Below are positions 28,302-37,704 of a DNA stretch of 47,177 nucleotides, one piece after another. The position numbers and the translations under genes were made by a program. Within the stretch, counting starts at the first letter, position 1; the number at the start of each line of letters is the position of its first letter. A model generated the notes under the pieces. It was not told where the DNA came from. It was given only the letters and a program-made list of their open reading frames with translations, and made no database searches. The stretch comes from Archangium sp. (lineage in GTDB: Bacteria > Myxococcota > Myxococcia > Myxococcales > Myxococcaceae): positions 1 through 47,177 of the forward strand of contig JAYUVR010000164.1 in assembly GCA_043753955.1 (NCBI GenBank), in the 5' to 3' direction.

Positions 28302-28692
28302 GGGCAGAGCTTCTCGCGACCATCACGAATCTGTCAATGTCGCTGGTTGCTTCGGTGGGAGGCCAATTATACATGGTGGAGTCAGCATTGCTTGGCCATG
28401 TCCCACACTGGTTGAGTGGTACCAATGCGCGTTGCACAGCTCTGGATTTCAGATGACACTTCTGCGTCTTAAGGTCGCGCTCGTCGGACTTCCTCCTGCA
28501 GTCGAGGAAAACTCATGACGGTGAAAATGCATTATCAGAAGAGCTTGATCGCCGCTTTGAGGGTCTGCTCAGGCGTATAGATTAGACATGGAGCCGAAAA
28601 TATGAGTTGTATGCCTTTCGGCAAAAAGACCAGTTCGCCCAATTTCTGACATTGGAGATCGACGCACACAATGCCGAAACCGGAAGGCTGAC

Positions 28693-28918
28693 GCATTCAG
28701 AGTCGACTGCCGTACACGTCATCAATTCCTCCATCGAACGGCGTCGCGACCTTCTGAACCGTGGCCCCCAGCCGTCGCACTGGTGCTCTCACCATGCTCT
28801 TCGGTGGGCTGGTCAATGGGGTTTCCTCAAGATGAGCGGCAGTCGTTGGTATTGGCCGTGGCACATCAACAGGTAAAACAGGAGCCACATCACGCTCCGT
28901 CGAAACGACCGCAATTTG
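28693..28918. repeat. Direct repeat copy B (3' end of the intact kinase gene)
   Basis: See copy A. The copies are about 1.25 kb apart and bracket the Uma2 gene. Confidence 0.7.
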
Positions 28919-30043
28919 TGGCTGTGGAGCATTGAGAGCCAACGTGACCCCTATCGCCACGACGGCCAAAGCCAATGCCATTTTCCTCGGTGCGCGTGAC
29001 GTACGCGGAGCACTTTCAACATGTGCCAGCACGTTTGCGAGCTCTTTCGCGCTCTGAAAACGGTCTGCAGGAACTCGCTGAAGACACCGACTGACGCATG
29101 CGCGCATCTGGGCAGAAATAAAACGGGGTAATGCAGCAGGTTCTGCATTGCGAATCTTCCAGGTGAGATCGACCAAATCGGTCCCCACGAAAGGCGGTTT
29201 GCCGCTCAGCAGTGTCTGCATAGTGCAGCCTAACGCCCAAATATCAGTGCGTGCATCGACAGCGGCACCCGGTGTTACTTGTTCTGGTGCCATGTACGCC
29301 GGAGAGCCCACCAACCCGCGCAACGTGGTCTGATGCAGCCCGTGCTCGATGTCTGGGTTGATAGACTTGGCGACTCCGAAATCGAGCACGACAAGGGTCT
29401 CAATCCCATCTGCTTTTCGAGCTGCGAAAAGATTACCCGGCTTCAGGTCACGATGAACGATGCCCAATGCGTGCGCTTCACCCAGCGCATCAAGGGCCTG
29501 CTGCATCAACTTTGCGACTTCTGTCTCTGGCAATGGCCCTTGACGCGTCACGCGAGTCTCAAGCGTTTCTCCCTCGAGATATTCCATCACCATAAAAGGG
29601 AGCCCCTTGGCCAACTGGCCGAAATCGAGCACGCGATTGGCGTGCTGTGACTTCAATCGAGAGCTCGCGCGGGCCTCGCGCAAAAACCTCGAAGCGACGT
29701 CGGCATCGCCAGCGAGCTCTGGGCGCACAAACTTGAGTGCAACCATGGAGTTTAGTCGAAGTTGTCGAGCCCGAACCACGACGCCCATACCGCCCGAACC
29801 GAGAAAGTTTACGACTTCATATTTTCCATCAACGACTTCGCCGATGGCGACGGGGCTCACCGGCGCAAGAAGCTCGTCGCGTAGACGGCCATTCACGGTG
29901 TTGGGGCGGGTGAGCAGTACAAACACCCCCCGGCAGGCCGTGCATGAATCGAGGTGCGCACTGAGTACTGCTGCCTGGGTTGATGACGAATGCCCAGCGG
30001 CCCAGGTAGACATTTCATTCTCATCAGGGCACGCGGAACGCAT
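28697..30043 (-). CDS. Hanks-type Ser/Thr protein kinase with anti-sigma-like N-terminus and one TM helix
   Basis: 'LGSGGMGVVVRA', 'VALKFV', 'HRDLKPGNLF', 'DFGVAK' and 'GSPAYMAPE'. The N-terminus is 'CPDENEMSTWAAG...HLDSCTACR' (H-x3-C-x2-C). TM helix 'MALALAVVAIGVTLAL'. Start set at ATG 30043. Confidence 0.9.
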   Translation of the reverse strand: MRSACPDENEMSTWAAGHSSSTQAAVLSAHLDSCTACRGVFVLLTRPNTVNGRLRDELLAPVSPVAIGEVVDGKYEVVNFLGSGGMGVVVRARQLRLNSMVALKFVRPELAGDADVASRFLREARASSRLKSQHANRVLDFGQLAKGLPFMVMEYLEGETLETRVTRQGPLPETEVAKLMQQALDALGEAHALGIVHRDLKPGNLFAARKADGIETLVVLDFGVAKSINPDIEHGLHQTTLRGLVGSPAYMAPEQVTPGAAVDARTDIWALGCTMQTLLSGKPPFVGTDLVDLTWKIRNAEPAALPRFISAQMRACVSRCLQRVPADRFQSAKELANVLAHVESAPRTSRAPRKMALALAVVAIGVTLALNAPQPQIAVVSTERDVAPVLPVDVPRPIPTTAAHLEETPLTSPPKSMVRAPVRRLGATVQKVATPFDGGIDDVYGSRL

Positions 30044-30124
30044 CGTCAAAATGGGCTCTACCTCACTGTGTTCTGATGGGAAATGGGCACCCATCGAATC
30101 GAGTTGCTCTATGATGTCGCCCGC

Positions 30125-31066
30125 ATGAGGCAAGTATGGTTGGCATTCGTAGTGCTTTACGGCGCTTCAAGCGAAGCCCAGAAACAGCTCAATGCTGAAG
30201 AGGCCTTTTATCAGGCCCGCGCTTTGGCTTCATCTCAGCGCTACCCTGAAGCCTGTCCCCTTTTTGAGCTGAGTTATCAACTCGACCCTGCGCTCGGCAC
30301 TTTGCTGAATCTTGCTGACTGCTTTGAGAAGGTGGGAAAAAACGTCGAAGCTTTTGCAGCCTTTAATGACGCCATTGCCTGGGCAAAACGAACCGGCGAA
30401 CCACGGCGTGAACAGGAGGCGATGAAAAGAGCGAACAACGTTCGCACGCATCTCGTCTTTCTCACCATCGACATCGGAGTGCTCAAAACTCAAATATCGA
30501 TTTTCAGTGTGCCCTCTCGAACTCTTATACAAAGCGTGTCGAGCGAATCTGTGGCTTACCCGATCGCACTTGAATTGGGCCGCTATGTGTTAGAATTGAC
30601 CTCTCCTGGCTACAAGCCGTTTGAGAAGGTGCTCCACTTTGACCATTCAGGTGAAACCAATTTGGTCGCTCACTTGGAAATCGAAACTTTGCTCGTCGCT
30701 CTTCCGCAACCAATAGAAGTAGAATCCCGACACAAAGCAGAACCAAGCAACCGCTTGGCCGTCATTAGTCTCGCTGGAGGAAGCGTGCTCGCTGCAGCAG
30801 GTATCGTTGGGATCCTCTACAGCCAAGACGTGATGATTCGCGTCGCCCGTCAACAACCAAATCAACCCGACGCAGCCAACCCCACTGTAACCCGGGCGCA
30901 ATTTGAAACAGTGAAGGTGCTCAATCCAATCTCCATTGGTAGCGCCGTTGTCGGAGTGGCTGGCATTGTCATTGGCACCGTCCTGCTTAGAGCTCAACCA
31001 AAGTTGACGATGACGGTGGCTCCCATTCCAGGCGGCATGGTGACTTTCGTAGGAGCGCAATTCTGA
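30125..31066 (+). CDS. TPR-like / PEGA-like membrane-anchored protein
   Basis: Signal 'MRQVWLAFVVLYGASSEA'. 'LELTSPGYKPFEKVLHF' is PEGA-like. Two C-terminal hydrophobic helices. Confidence 0.55.
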   Translation: MRQVWLAFVVLYGASSEAQKQLNAEEAFYQARALASSQRYPEACPLFELSYQLDPALGTLLNLADCFEKVGKNVEAFAAFNDAIAWAKRTGEPRREQEAMKRANNVRTHLVFLTIDIGVLKTQISIFSVPSRTLIQSVSSESVAYPIALELGRYVLELTSPGYKPFEKVLHFDHSGETNLVAHLEIETLLVALPQPIEVESRHKAEPSNRLAVISLAGGSVLAAAGIVGILYSQDVMIRVARQQPNQPDAANPTVTRAQFETVKVLNPISIGSAVVGVAGIVIGTVLLRAQPKLTMTVAPIPGGMVTFVGAQF

Positions 31067-31095
31067 ACACAACACAGCAACGCTTTAATGCCGCA

Positions 31096-31851
31096 GTGAA
31101 AGCCTGCCCTGGCATCAACGTCAGTGAGGACTCTTTTGTTCGTGTCTGGGAATCACTGCGGCCCGGCAATGACAACTTGGCCAAAGATGTACTTCTCGCT
31201 GCCGGCATCGCCCGTGGAGACACCGGTGCAATCCGCTGGCTTCAACAACAGATTCAAGGCGCGCTGGCGCAAATGCGTAAGATTCCTCAACATCTTTTTG
31301 CAGACATCGAATCAAACGTTCTCGAGCTCATCGCCGTAGGAAGCGCTTCTCGTTCAGCCCAAATACATAAATATGCCGCCCGAGGGGCATTGGCAGGTTG
31401 GGTTCAGGTCGTGGTGGCGCGAACTGCGCGCGAAGTGGCAACTCGGGCGGGGCAATGGAGCGACCTCGAAGTCGACGAAGCCATTCTGAGTGAACTCGCA
31501 ATGAGCGAACCCTCGCCAGAAGTCGCTGCACTTCGCAACCGCTTCAGTGGCTTCTTAGGGCCCGCTCTAGCCTCAGCGACGGCGAGGCTCTCAGCACGCG
31601 AAAGGACGCTGCTTAAGCTTCATTACATTCAAGGCGTAGGGCTAGAAGACATCGGCCGCGCATATCAAGTACATAGAGCCACAGTCTCTCGTTGGCTGCT
31701 CTCAGCAAGACAATCATTTGCAGACTTTACCCGTGACGAGCTGTCTTCCCGCGCGAATGTACAACGTTCAGAAGTAGACAGCCTGGTGCGAGCGCTCCAC
31801 AGCCAACTCGACATCAGCCTGCGCCGGGCGATGGACCAGAGCATTGAGTGA
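31096..31851 (+). CDS. Sigma-70 family factor, TIGR03001 (Myxococcales family 1)-like
   Basis: Region 4 'LLKLHYIQGVGLEDIGRAYQVHRATVSRWLLSAR'. GTG start at 31096. The frame is open upstream to about 31063, so the true start is uncertain. Confidence 0.7.
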   Translation: MKACPGINVSEDSFVRVWESLRPGNDNLAKDVLLAAGIARGDTGAIRWLQQQIQGALAQMRKIPQHLFADIESNVLELIAVGSASRSAQIHKYAARGALAGWVQVVVARTAREVATRAGQWSDLEVDEAILSELAMSEPSPEVAALRNRFSGFLGPALASATARLSARERTLLKLHYIQGVGLEDIGRAYQVHRATVSRWLLSARQSFADFTRDELSSRANVQRSEVDSLVRALHSQLDISLRRAMDQSIE

Positions 31852-31953
31852 CGCAGACGAACAGCAGCCAAGCCCGTTTTCAGCCGTCAAATTGCATAGT
31901 TTCTTATACAGTTCTGGGTTTACGAATCATGAGTACTCGAAAGGACTATTGAA

Positions 31954-32595
31954 ATGAGCGTGTATGAGTCCATTCATCTCGTCGACACGGCGAACCTCGA
32001 CTCGTGGGTGTCGCGCGCAAATGCAACAAGCTCGTTCAAAGAACTGCGATCGCTCATTACCGATGTAGTTCAAGAGGCTCGTGCTCAAGATCGTGACGAC
32101 TTGCGAGATTGGTTGGATGAACACATTGATAGTGACGATGACGCTCCGGCCTTTTTTGATATCGGCGACCTGCTTGCTTTACTTCTCTCAAAACAAACAT
32201 GGAATCTCGGTAACGCGCTCGGTCGTGGGGCAGAGTGGTTGGAGTTCGCTCTCAGGGTAACCCCTGCGCTCGAGCCCCTCGATAAAGCCCTCAAGCAACA
32301 AAGAGACTTAGGTAAACTGAGGGGCATCGCAGAAGGACTCACGGTAACCTTAGACAGCAAGTCAGCGTCTGCATTGTTGCCCATAGTACAAGCATGGTCA
32401 GATCGCGGGCAGGTCATTTCCCGCATCTCGTCCACCAATTCCTCATTCATAAACAGACTTATGGGTCGCCAGAAGACTCTGCGAGAATGGGCTTCGAACC
32501 AGGAGGCTTGGGAGCGCTGGAGCAATCTCTGCGAAGCGGTTAAGGCCCTCGCCGATTCATCCGGACAGACTCTGATTTGGGAAACAGAAGTGTGA
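31954..32595 (+). CDS. Hypothetical cytoplasmic protein
   Basis: Intact 213-aa ORF with AAAGGA upstream. No recognisable motif. Confidence 0.45.
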   Translation: MSVYESIHLVDTANLDSWVSRANATSSFKELRSLITDVVQEARAQDRDDLRDWLDEHIDSDDDAPAFFDIGDLLALLLSKQTWNLGNALGRGAEWLEFALRVTPALEPLDKALKQQRDLGKLRGIAEGLTVTLDSKSASALLPIVQAWSDRGQVISRISSTNSSFINRLMGRQKTLREWASNQEAWERWSNLCEAVKALADSSGQTLIWETEV

Positions 32596-32659
32596 ACTTC
32601 CATCGGCGCATGGGCTGCGACGATTGACTCTGAAATGAATTTGCTGCTCCAAGGCTGTC

Positions 32660-33574
32660 ATGAAACCGAAACGTGGCAACGAGCTCATCGACGTCGATGA
32701 AGCCCTGGGCTTTCAGCTGCCCGACCTCGAGACGAGCTACCAAGAGCGAGACCTCATTCTCTACGCCCTGGGCGTCGGAGCCGGCAACACACCGCACCCG
32801 AAAAAAGATTTGCAATTGGTCTACGAAAATCACAGCGATGGTTTTCGCCCCCTCGCCACGTATGGCGTCGTTCCGGCCGTCAATGCACTCTTTAAGCTCC
32901 TGGTCGAAGGTCAACCCGCCCCTGGCCTTCACTACGGCCTCGAACGCGTACTGCACGGTGAACAGTATCTAGAAGTGCTCAAGCCCATTCCACTCGCCGC
33001 CACGCTCCGACATTCTGCTCGCATTTCAAACATTTTCGACAAAGGCAAACATGCCTTGGTCGTCACTCACATTGATACTTTTGATGTCAAATCAGGCGAA
33101 CTTCTTTTTCGAAACGATGTCTCGATGATTATTCGCGGTGCCGGTGGTTGGAACGGTGAGCGCGGCCCTCCGAGTACCACGAACGAGCCTCCGTCACGGG
33201 AACCCGACATCGTCGCGCTGGAGAAGACCGCAGACAATCAGGCCCTTCTGTATCGCCTTTCAGGAGACTTGAACCCGCTCCATGTCGACCCAGACTTCGC
33301 CGGCATGTTTTCATTAGACAAACCCATCTTGCACGGGCTGTGTACCTTCGGCTTCGTCGGCCGGGCGGTCATTGACGCTTTCGCTCAAGGCGACCCTCGC
33401 AGGTTCAAGAGCATGAGCGCCCGCTTTGCTGAACCCGTGTTCCCGGGAGAAACGCTCAAGATTGAAATGTGGCAAGAGAATGTGTCTCGCGTGCTGGTCA
33501 GAGCAAGTGTGGTTGAACGTGCTGCGGTGGTCATCAGCCATGCCGCTGTTGTATGCGGTACACCTTTCCTATAG
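32660..33574 (+). CDS. MaoC-like double hot-dog (R)-hydratase (MFE-2 hydratase-2 type)
   Basis: 'YQERDLILYALGVGAG', 'LHGEQYLEV', 'ALLYRLSGDLNPLHVDPDFA' and 'PILHGLCTFG'. Confidence 0.8.
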   Translation: MKPKRGNELIDVDEALGFQLPDLETSYQERDLILYALGVGAGNTPHPKKDLQLVYENHSDGFRPLATYGVVPAVNALFKLLVEGQPAPGLHYGLERVLHGEQYLEVLKPIPLAATLRHSARISNIFDKGKHALVVTHIDTFDVKSGELLFRNDVSMIIRGAGGWNGERGPPSTTNEPPSREPDIVALEKTADNQALLYRLSGDLNPLHVDPDFAGMFSLDKPILHGLCTFGFVGRAVIDAFAQGDPRRFKSMSARFAEPVFPGETLKIEMWQENVSRVLVRASVVERAAVVISHAAVVCGTPFL

Positions 33575-33585
33575 TCGAAACGCCA

Positions 33586-35631
33586 ATGCCAAATACCCCT
33601 CCATCACCGACGTGGTCTCTGACTGACGCTGAAGAGCTCTACGGAATCCGCAACTGGGGAGCGCCGTACTTCGGCATCAACGACAAGGGGCACGTGTGCG
33701 TGCACCCAGATGGTCCGCAAGCCACCAGTTTGGACTTAAAAGAGCTGGTAGAAGAAGTTCGCCTGCGCGGCATCGGCTTGCCGCTGCTCTTGCGCTTTAC
33801 CGATGTCTTGCGTCACCGCGTGGTGCACCTCAACGAGGCCTTCAAAAAAGCCATCGCTGACCACGGCTACAAGGGCCGCTACCAAGGCGTATACCCGCTC
33901 AAAACCAATCAGCATCGCTACGTGGTGGAAACCATTATTAGCGCAGGCAAAGGGTACGATTACGGGCTCGAAGCGGGCAGTAAACCCGAATTATTGGCCG
34001 TGATGGCATTGCTCGAAAGCGAAGAGGCGCTCGTCATTTGCAACGGCTACAAAGACGAAGAATACATTGAAACGGCGCTCTTCTATTCGCGCCTGGGCCG
34101 CAACGTCATTCTGGTGGTGGAAAAGCCCAGCGAGCTCTTGCTCATCGCTGAAGTATCACGGCGCACTGGCATTACCCCTCGCTTAGGCATTCGAGTGAAA
34201 TTGTCGACCCGTGGGGCGGGCAGGTCAGAAGCCAATGCGGGAGATCGCTCTAAATTCGGTCTGTCCTCGTCAGAGCTGATGAACTGCATTCCGCTGTTGA
34301 AAGAGACGGGGTTGTTGTCGTCTTTTGAGCTGCTGCATTTTCATCTGGGCACTCAGATTTCAAATATTCGCAACATCAAGAATGCCCTGCGTGAAGTGGG
34401 CTGCTTCTACGTTGAAGTTGCTCGGCAAGGCGCGCCCCTCAAATACCTCGACGTCGGCGGTGGCCTCGGCGTCGACTACGACGGCTCACAAACCAACTTC
34501 GCCTCTTCGATGAATTACACCGTTGAGGAATACGCCAACGACGTGGTCTTCGGCGTGATGGAAGCGTGCGACCGAGCCGGAGTCGCTTCTCCCACGCTGG
34601 TCTCAGAATCGGGCCGCGCCGTCGTCGCGCACCACGCCGTGTTGGTGGTCGATGTGGTGGGCACCAGTGAGTTCGACCCGGCCCAAGTGCCTGACAAAGT
34701 CGACGACAAAGCGCCCGCCGTGGTGCGCAACTTGATGTCAACGTTGACCGAGGTCAGCGCAAAAAACCTGCTCGAGGCCTACCACGACGCCCAAGACGCC
34801 AAAGAAGAGAGCCTCACGCTCTTCTCGCTGGGCCATCTGTCTCTTGAGCAGCGCGTCGCCGCTGAGAATATTTACTGGGCCATCTGCAACAAAATCATGC
34901 GTATCGCTCGGTCGCGCGGTGAAATTCCTGAAGAATTGGAAGCCCTCGACAATCAGCTGAGCGACACCTACTTCTGTAATTTTTCAGTCTTCCAATCGCT
35001 CCCTGACGTCTGGGCCATCGACCAACTTTTCCCGATGATGCCCTTGCACCGGCTCGATGAGCGCCCCACCCGCCGCGCGACGCTGGCTGACATCTCGTGC
35101 GATTCTGACGGCAAAATCGACCACTTCATCGACAAGCGCGAAGTCAAAGATGCACTTGAATTGCACGCACTCACGAACGATGACTACCACTTGGCTGTGT
35201 TTCTGGTGGGCGCCTACCAAGAGAGCCTCGGTGACCTCCACAACCTCTTCGGTGACACGCACACCGTGCAGGTGTCGATGGCACCCAACGGCGGCTACCT
35301 CATCGACCACGTTGTCGCCGGCGACACGGTGACAGAAGTGCTCAACTACGTCAGCTACAACCGAGACGATTTGGTGGCCAAGTTGCGGGAATACGCTGAA
35401 ACGGCGCTGCGCCAAGGCCGCATTTCCCTCGACGAGTCTCGCAATCTTTTGCGCATGTACGAAGACGGCTTGTCTGGGTACACGTACCTCGAGCGCGAAG
35501 TCGAAGCGAGTGGCTCGACCATCCGCAAGCCTCTTCGCAACGCACCGCACCCGGCGCCGGAACTCAACCCGGCCCCGGTCGTTCCGCAACCACAAGCAGT
35601 ACCCCTTCGCTCAGCAGAAAAGGGCCTTTAG
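33586..35631 (+). CDS. speA: Biosynthetic arginine decarboxylase, copy 1 (Pro-rich C-terminal extension)
   Basis: 'YQGVYPLKTNQ' (PLP Lys), 'HFHLGTQISNI', 'LDVGGGLGVDYDG' and 'SESGRAVVAHHAVLV'. Start set at ATG 33586. Confidence 0.9.
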   Translation: MPNTPPSPTWSLTDAEELYGIRNWGAPYFGINDKGHVCVHPDGPQATSLDLKELVEEVRLRGIGLPLLLRFTDVLRHRVVHLNEAFKKAIADHGYKGRYQGVYPLKTNQHRYVVETIISAGKGYDYGLEAGSKPELLAVMALLESEEALVICNGYKDEEYIETALFYSRLGRNVILVVEKPSELLLIAEVSRRTGITPRLGIRVKLSTRGAGRSEANAGDRSKFGLSSSELMNCIPLLKETGLLSSFELLHFHLGTQISNIRNIKNALREVGCFYVEVARQGAPLKYLDVGGGLGVDYDGSQTNFASSMNYTVEEYANDVVFGVMEACDRAGVASPTLVSESGRAVVAHHAVLVVDVVGTSEFDPAQVPDKVDDKAPAVVRNLMSTLTEVSAKNLLEAYHDAQDAKEESLTLFSLGHLSLEQRVAAENIYWAICNKIMRIARSRGEIPEELEALDNQLSDTYFCNFSVFQSLPDVWAIDQLFPMMPLHRLDERPTRRATLADISCDSDGKIDHFIDKREVKDALELHALTNDDYHLAVFLVGAYQESLGDLHNLFGDTHTVQVSMAPNGGYLIDHVVAGDTVTEVLNYVSYNRDDLVAKLREYAETALRQGRISLDESRNLLRMYEDGLSGYTYLEREVEASGSTIRKPLRNAPHPAPELNPAPVVPQPQAVPLRSAEKGL

Positions 35632-37637
35632 GTTTTGCTAGCTGTCGCCACTTCGAGCGACGTCAGCCGCAATTGACTCGGCGCCATGAAGGTCGCGTCG
35701 ACATCACGCTCTAAATACGTGTAGCCGGCCAAACCTTCTTCATACATGCGCAAAAGATTGCGAGATTCGTCGAGAGAAATGCGGCCCTTCCGCAAGGCCA
35801 CTTCGGTGTGCCTGCGCACCGAAGCCACCAAATCGTCTTTGCGGTAACTCATGTAGTGAAGCGCTTCTAAGACGGTGTCGCCTTCGACGACGTGGTCGAT
35901 TTGATAACCACCAGCAGCCCCTTGAGAGACTTGCACCACGTGCGTGTCGCCGAAGAGGTTGTGCATGACGCCCAAAATTTCTTGGTAGGCACCCACCAGA
36001 AAAACACCCAAGTAGTAGTCGTCGTCGTTGAGCGGGTGAAGTTCGAGAAAATCTTTCTCTTCGCGCTTATCGATGAACCTATCGACTTTGCCGACGGCGT
36101 CGCAGGTGATGTCGGCCAATACCGCCCGTCGAGTCGGCTTCTCGTGAAGCCGATGAATGGGCATCACCGGGAAAAGCTGCTCAATGGCCCAGTAATCTGG
36201 GAGCGAGCGAAACACCGAGAAATTACAAAAGTAAGTGTCGGTGAGTTGGTTTTCGAGCGCTTCGAGTTCTTCAGGAATTTCACCCTGGGCTCGAGCAATG
36301 CGCATGATTTTGCGGCACAGAGACCAAAATACATTCTCAGTAATCACCCGCTCTTCAATCTTTAAAAGCCCGTGAGAAAACAGACTCAAGGACTCTTCGC
36401 GGAAGCCTTGTGCATCGTGGTACGACTCGAGCAAATTCTTATTGGTGACCTCTTTGTAAGTCACATACAGATTTTGAACCACGCTGGGCATGTTGGGAGG
36501 CAACTGCTCAGGTGACTGAGCCGATTCAGGCTCATTGGCACCCAACACATCCATCACCAGCACCGCATGATGGGCCACCACAGCCCGGCCTGATTCAGAA
36601 ATCAACACCGGGTGCGCCACGCCTTCAGCATCGCAGGCTTCCATCACGCTGAAGACCACATCGTTGGCATACGCCTCGGTGGTGTAATTCATCGAAGAAC
36701 TAAAATCGCTGCGGCTGCCGGCGTAGTCGACACCCAGGCCACCACCGACGTCGACGTAATTGAGGGGAGCTCCCAATTTGGCGACTTCAACAAAGAAGCG
36801 GCTCACTTCACGCATCGCGTTTTTGACGCTGCGAATGTTTGAAATTTGGCTGCCCAAGTGAAAGTGCATCAATTCAAAACATTGGAGCAAATTCGACTTG
36901 CGCATGAAGGCAATGGCTTCGAGCAATTCACCCGATGAGAGGCCGAACTTCGAATTATCTCCGCCCGAGGCTTCCCACCGGCCGGCGCCACGCGACGACA
37001 ATTTCACGCGCATACCGATGGAAGGTAAAATGCCCGTGCGAGCAGAAACCTGAGCGATTAACGACAGCTCAGAAGGCTTTTCCACCACCAAGATGACTTT
37101 GCGGCCCAGCTGAGAAAAGCGCAGCGCCGTTTCGACGTATTCTTCATCTTTGTAGCCGTTGCAAATGACCAACGAGTCGCCGTGGTCGAGCAACGCCATC
37201 ACCGCCAGCAATTCGGGTTTGCTGCCCGCCTCGAGCCCATACCCGTACTGTCTGCCGGTCTCGACGATGGTTTCGACCACGTGCCGGTGTTGATTCACCT
37301 TGATGGGGTAGACGCCCTGGTAGGTGCCTCGGTAGTTGTACTCGGCGATGGCTTTGCGAAAAGCCTCATTGAGCAGCACCACCCGCTTGCGCAGCACGTC
37401 GGTAAAGCGCAGCAGCAACGGCAAACTGATGCCACGTCGGCGCACCTCGTCGACCAATTCTTTCATGTCGATGCTGGCCCCAGTCGGGCCATCAGGGTGC
37501 ACGCAGACGTGACCCTTCTCGTTGACGCCGAAAAACGGCGCTCCCCAGGTGTGCACGCCGTATGTTTCGACCGCGTCAGCGAGGGACCAGTTGTGTGAAG
37601 CGTTGGCCGTTACCATCTGCTGGGGTGCCTCCTTCAA
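35628..37637 (-). CDS. speA: Biosynthetic arginine decarboxylase, copy 2
   Basis: 'YQGVYPIKVNQ', 'GAGRWEASGGDNSKFGL', 'HFHLGSQISNI' and 'VDVGGGLGVDYAG'. Collinear with copy 1 and with E. coli SpeA. Confidence 0.92.
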   Translation of the reverse strand: MKEAPQQMVTANASHNWSLADAVETYGVHTWGAPFFGVNEKGHVCVHPDGPTGASIDMKELVDEVRRRGISLPLLLRFTDVLRKRVVLLNEAFRKAIAEYNYRGTYQGVYPIKVNQHRHVVETIVETGRQYGYGLEAGSKPELLAVMALLDHGDSLVICNGYKDEEYVETALRFSQLGRKVILVVEKPSELSLIAQVSARTGILPSIGMRVKLSSRGAGRWEASGGDNSKFGLSSGELLEAIAFMRKSNLLQCFELMHFHLGSQISNIRSVKNAMREVSRFFVEVAKLGAPLNYVDVGGGLGVDYAGSRSDFSSSMNYTTEAYANDVVFSVMEACDAEGVAHPVLISESGRAVVAHHAVLVMDVLGANEPESAQSPEQLPPNMPSVVQNLYVTYKEVTNKNLLESYHDAQGFREESLSLFSHGLLKIEERVITENVFWSLCRKIMRIARAQGEIPEELEALENQLTDTYFCNFSVFRSLPDYWAIEQLFPVMPIHRLHEKPTRRAVLADITCDAVGKVDRFIDKREEKDFLELHPLNDDDYYLGVFLVGAYQEILGVMHNLFGDTHVVQVSQGAAGGYQIDHVVEGDTVLEALHYMSYRKDDLVASVRRHTEVALRKGRISLDESRNLLRMYEEGLAGYTYLERDVDATFMAPSQLRLTSLEVATASKT

Positions 37638-37704
37638 GGCCTTTAAGAAACAGGTAGAGTCGGCGGCGGTTAACAGGCGTAGCCGGCCCGGTCAACCAAG
37701 CGAA

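Noticed and set aside
28366-28371. Perfect TATAAT on the minus strand, 65 nt upstream of the Uma2 ATG
   Set aside because: There is no convincing -35 element or extended -10 at the right spacing. A single hexamer is not enough to call a promoter.
27303-28415. 370-aa plus-strand ORF
   Set aside because: It is antisense to the Uma2 gene and the kinase-tail remnant, both supported by recognisable motifs. It is judged a shadow ORF.
27444-28918. Uma2 cassette as a mobile element with terminal repeats
   Set aside because: The repeats are direct, about 225 bp, diverged, and are coding sequence of a kinase tail. No transposase, integrase or inverted termini are present.
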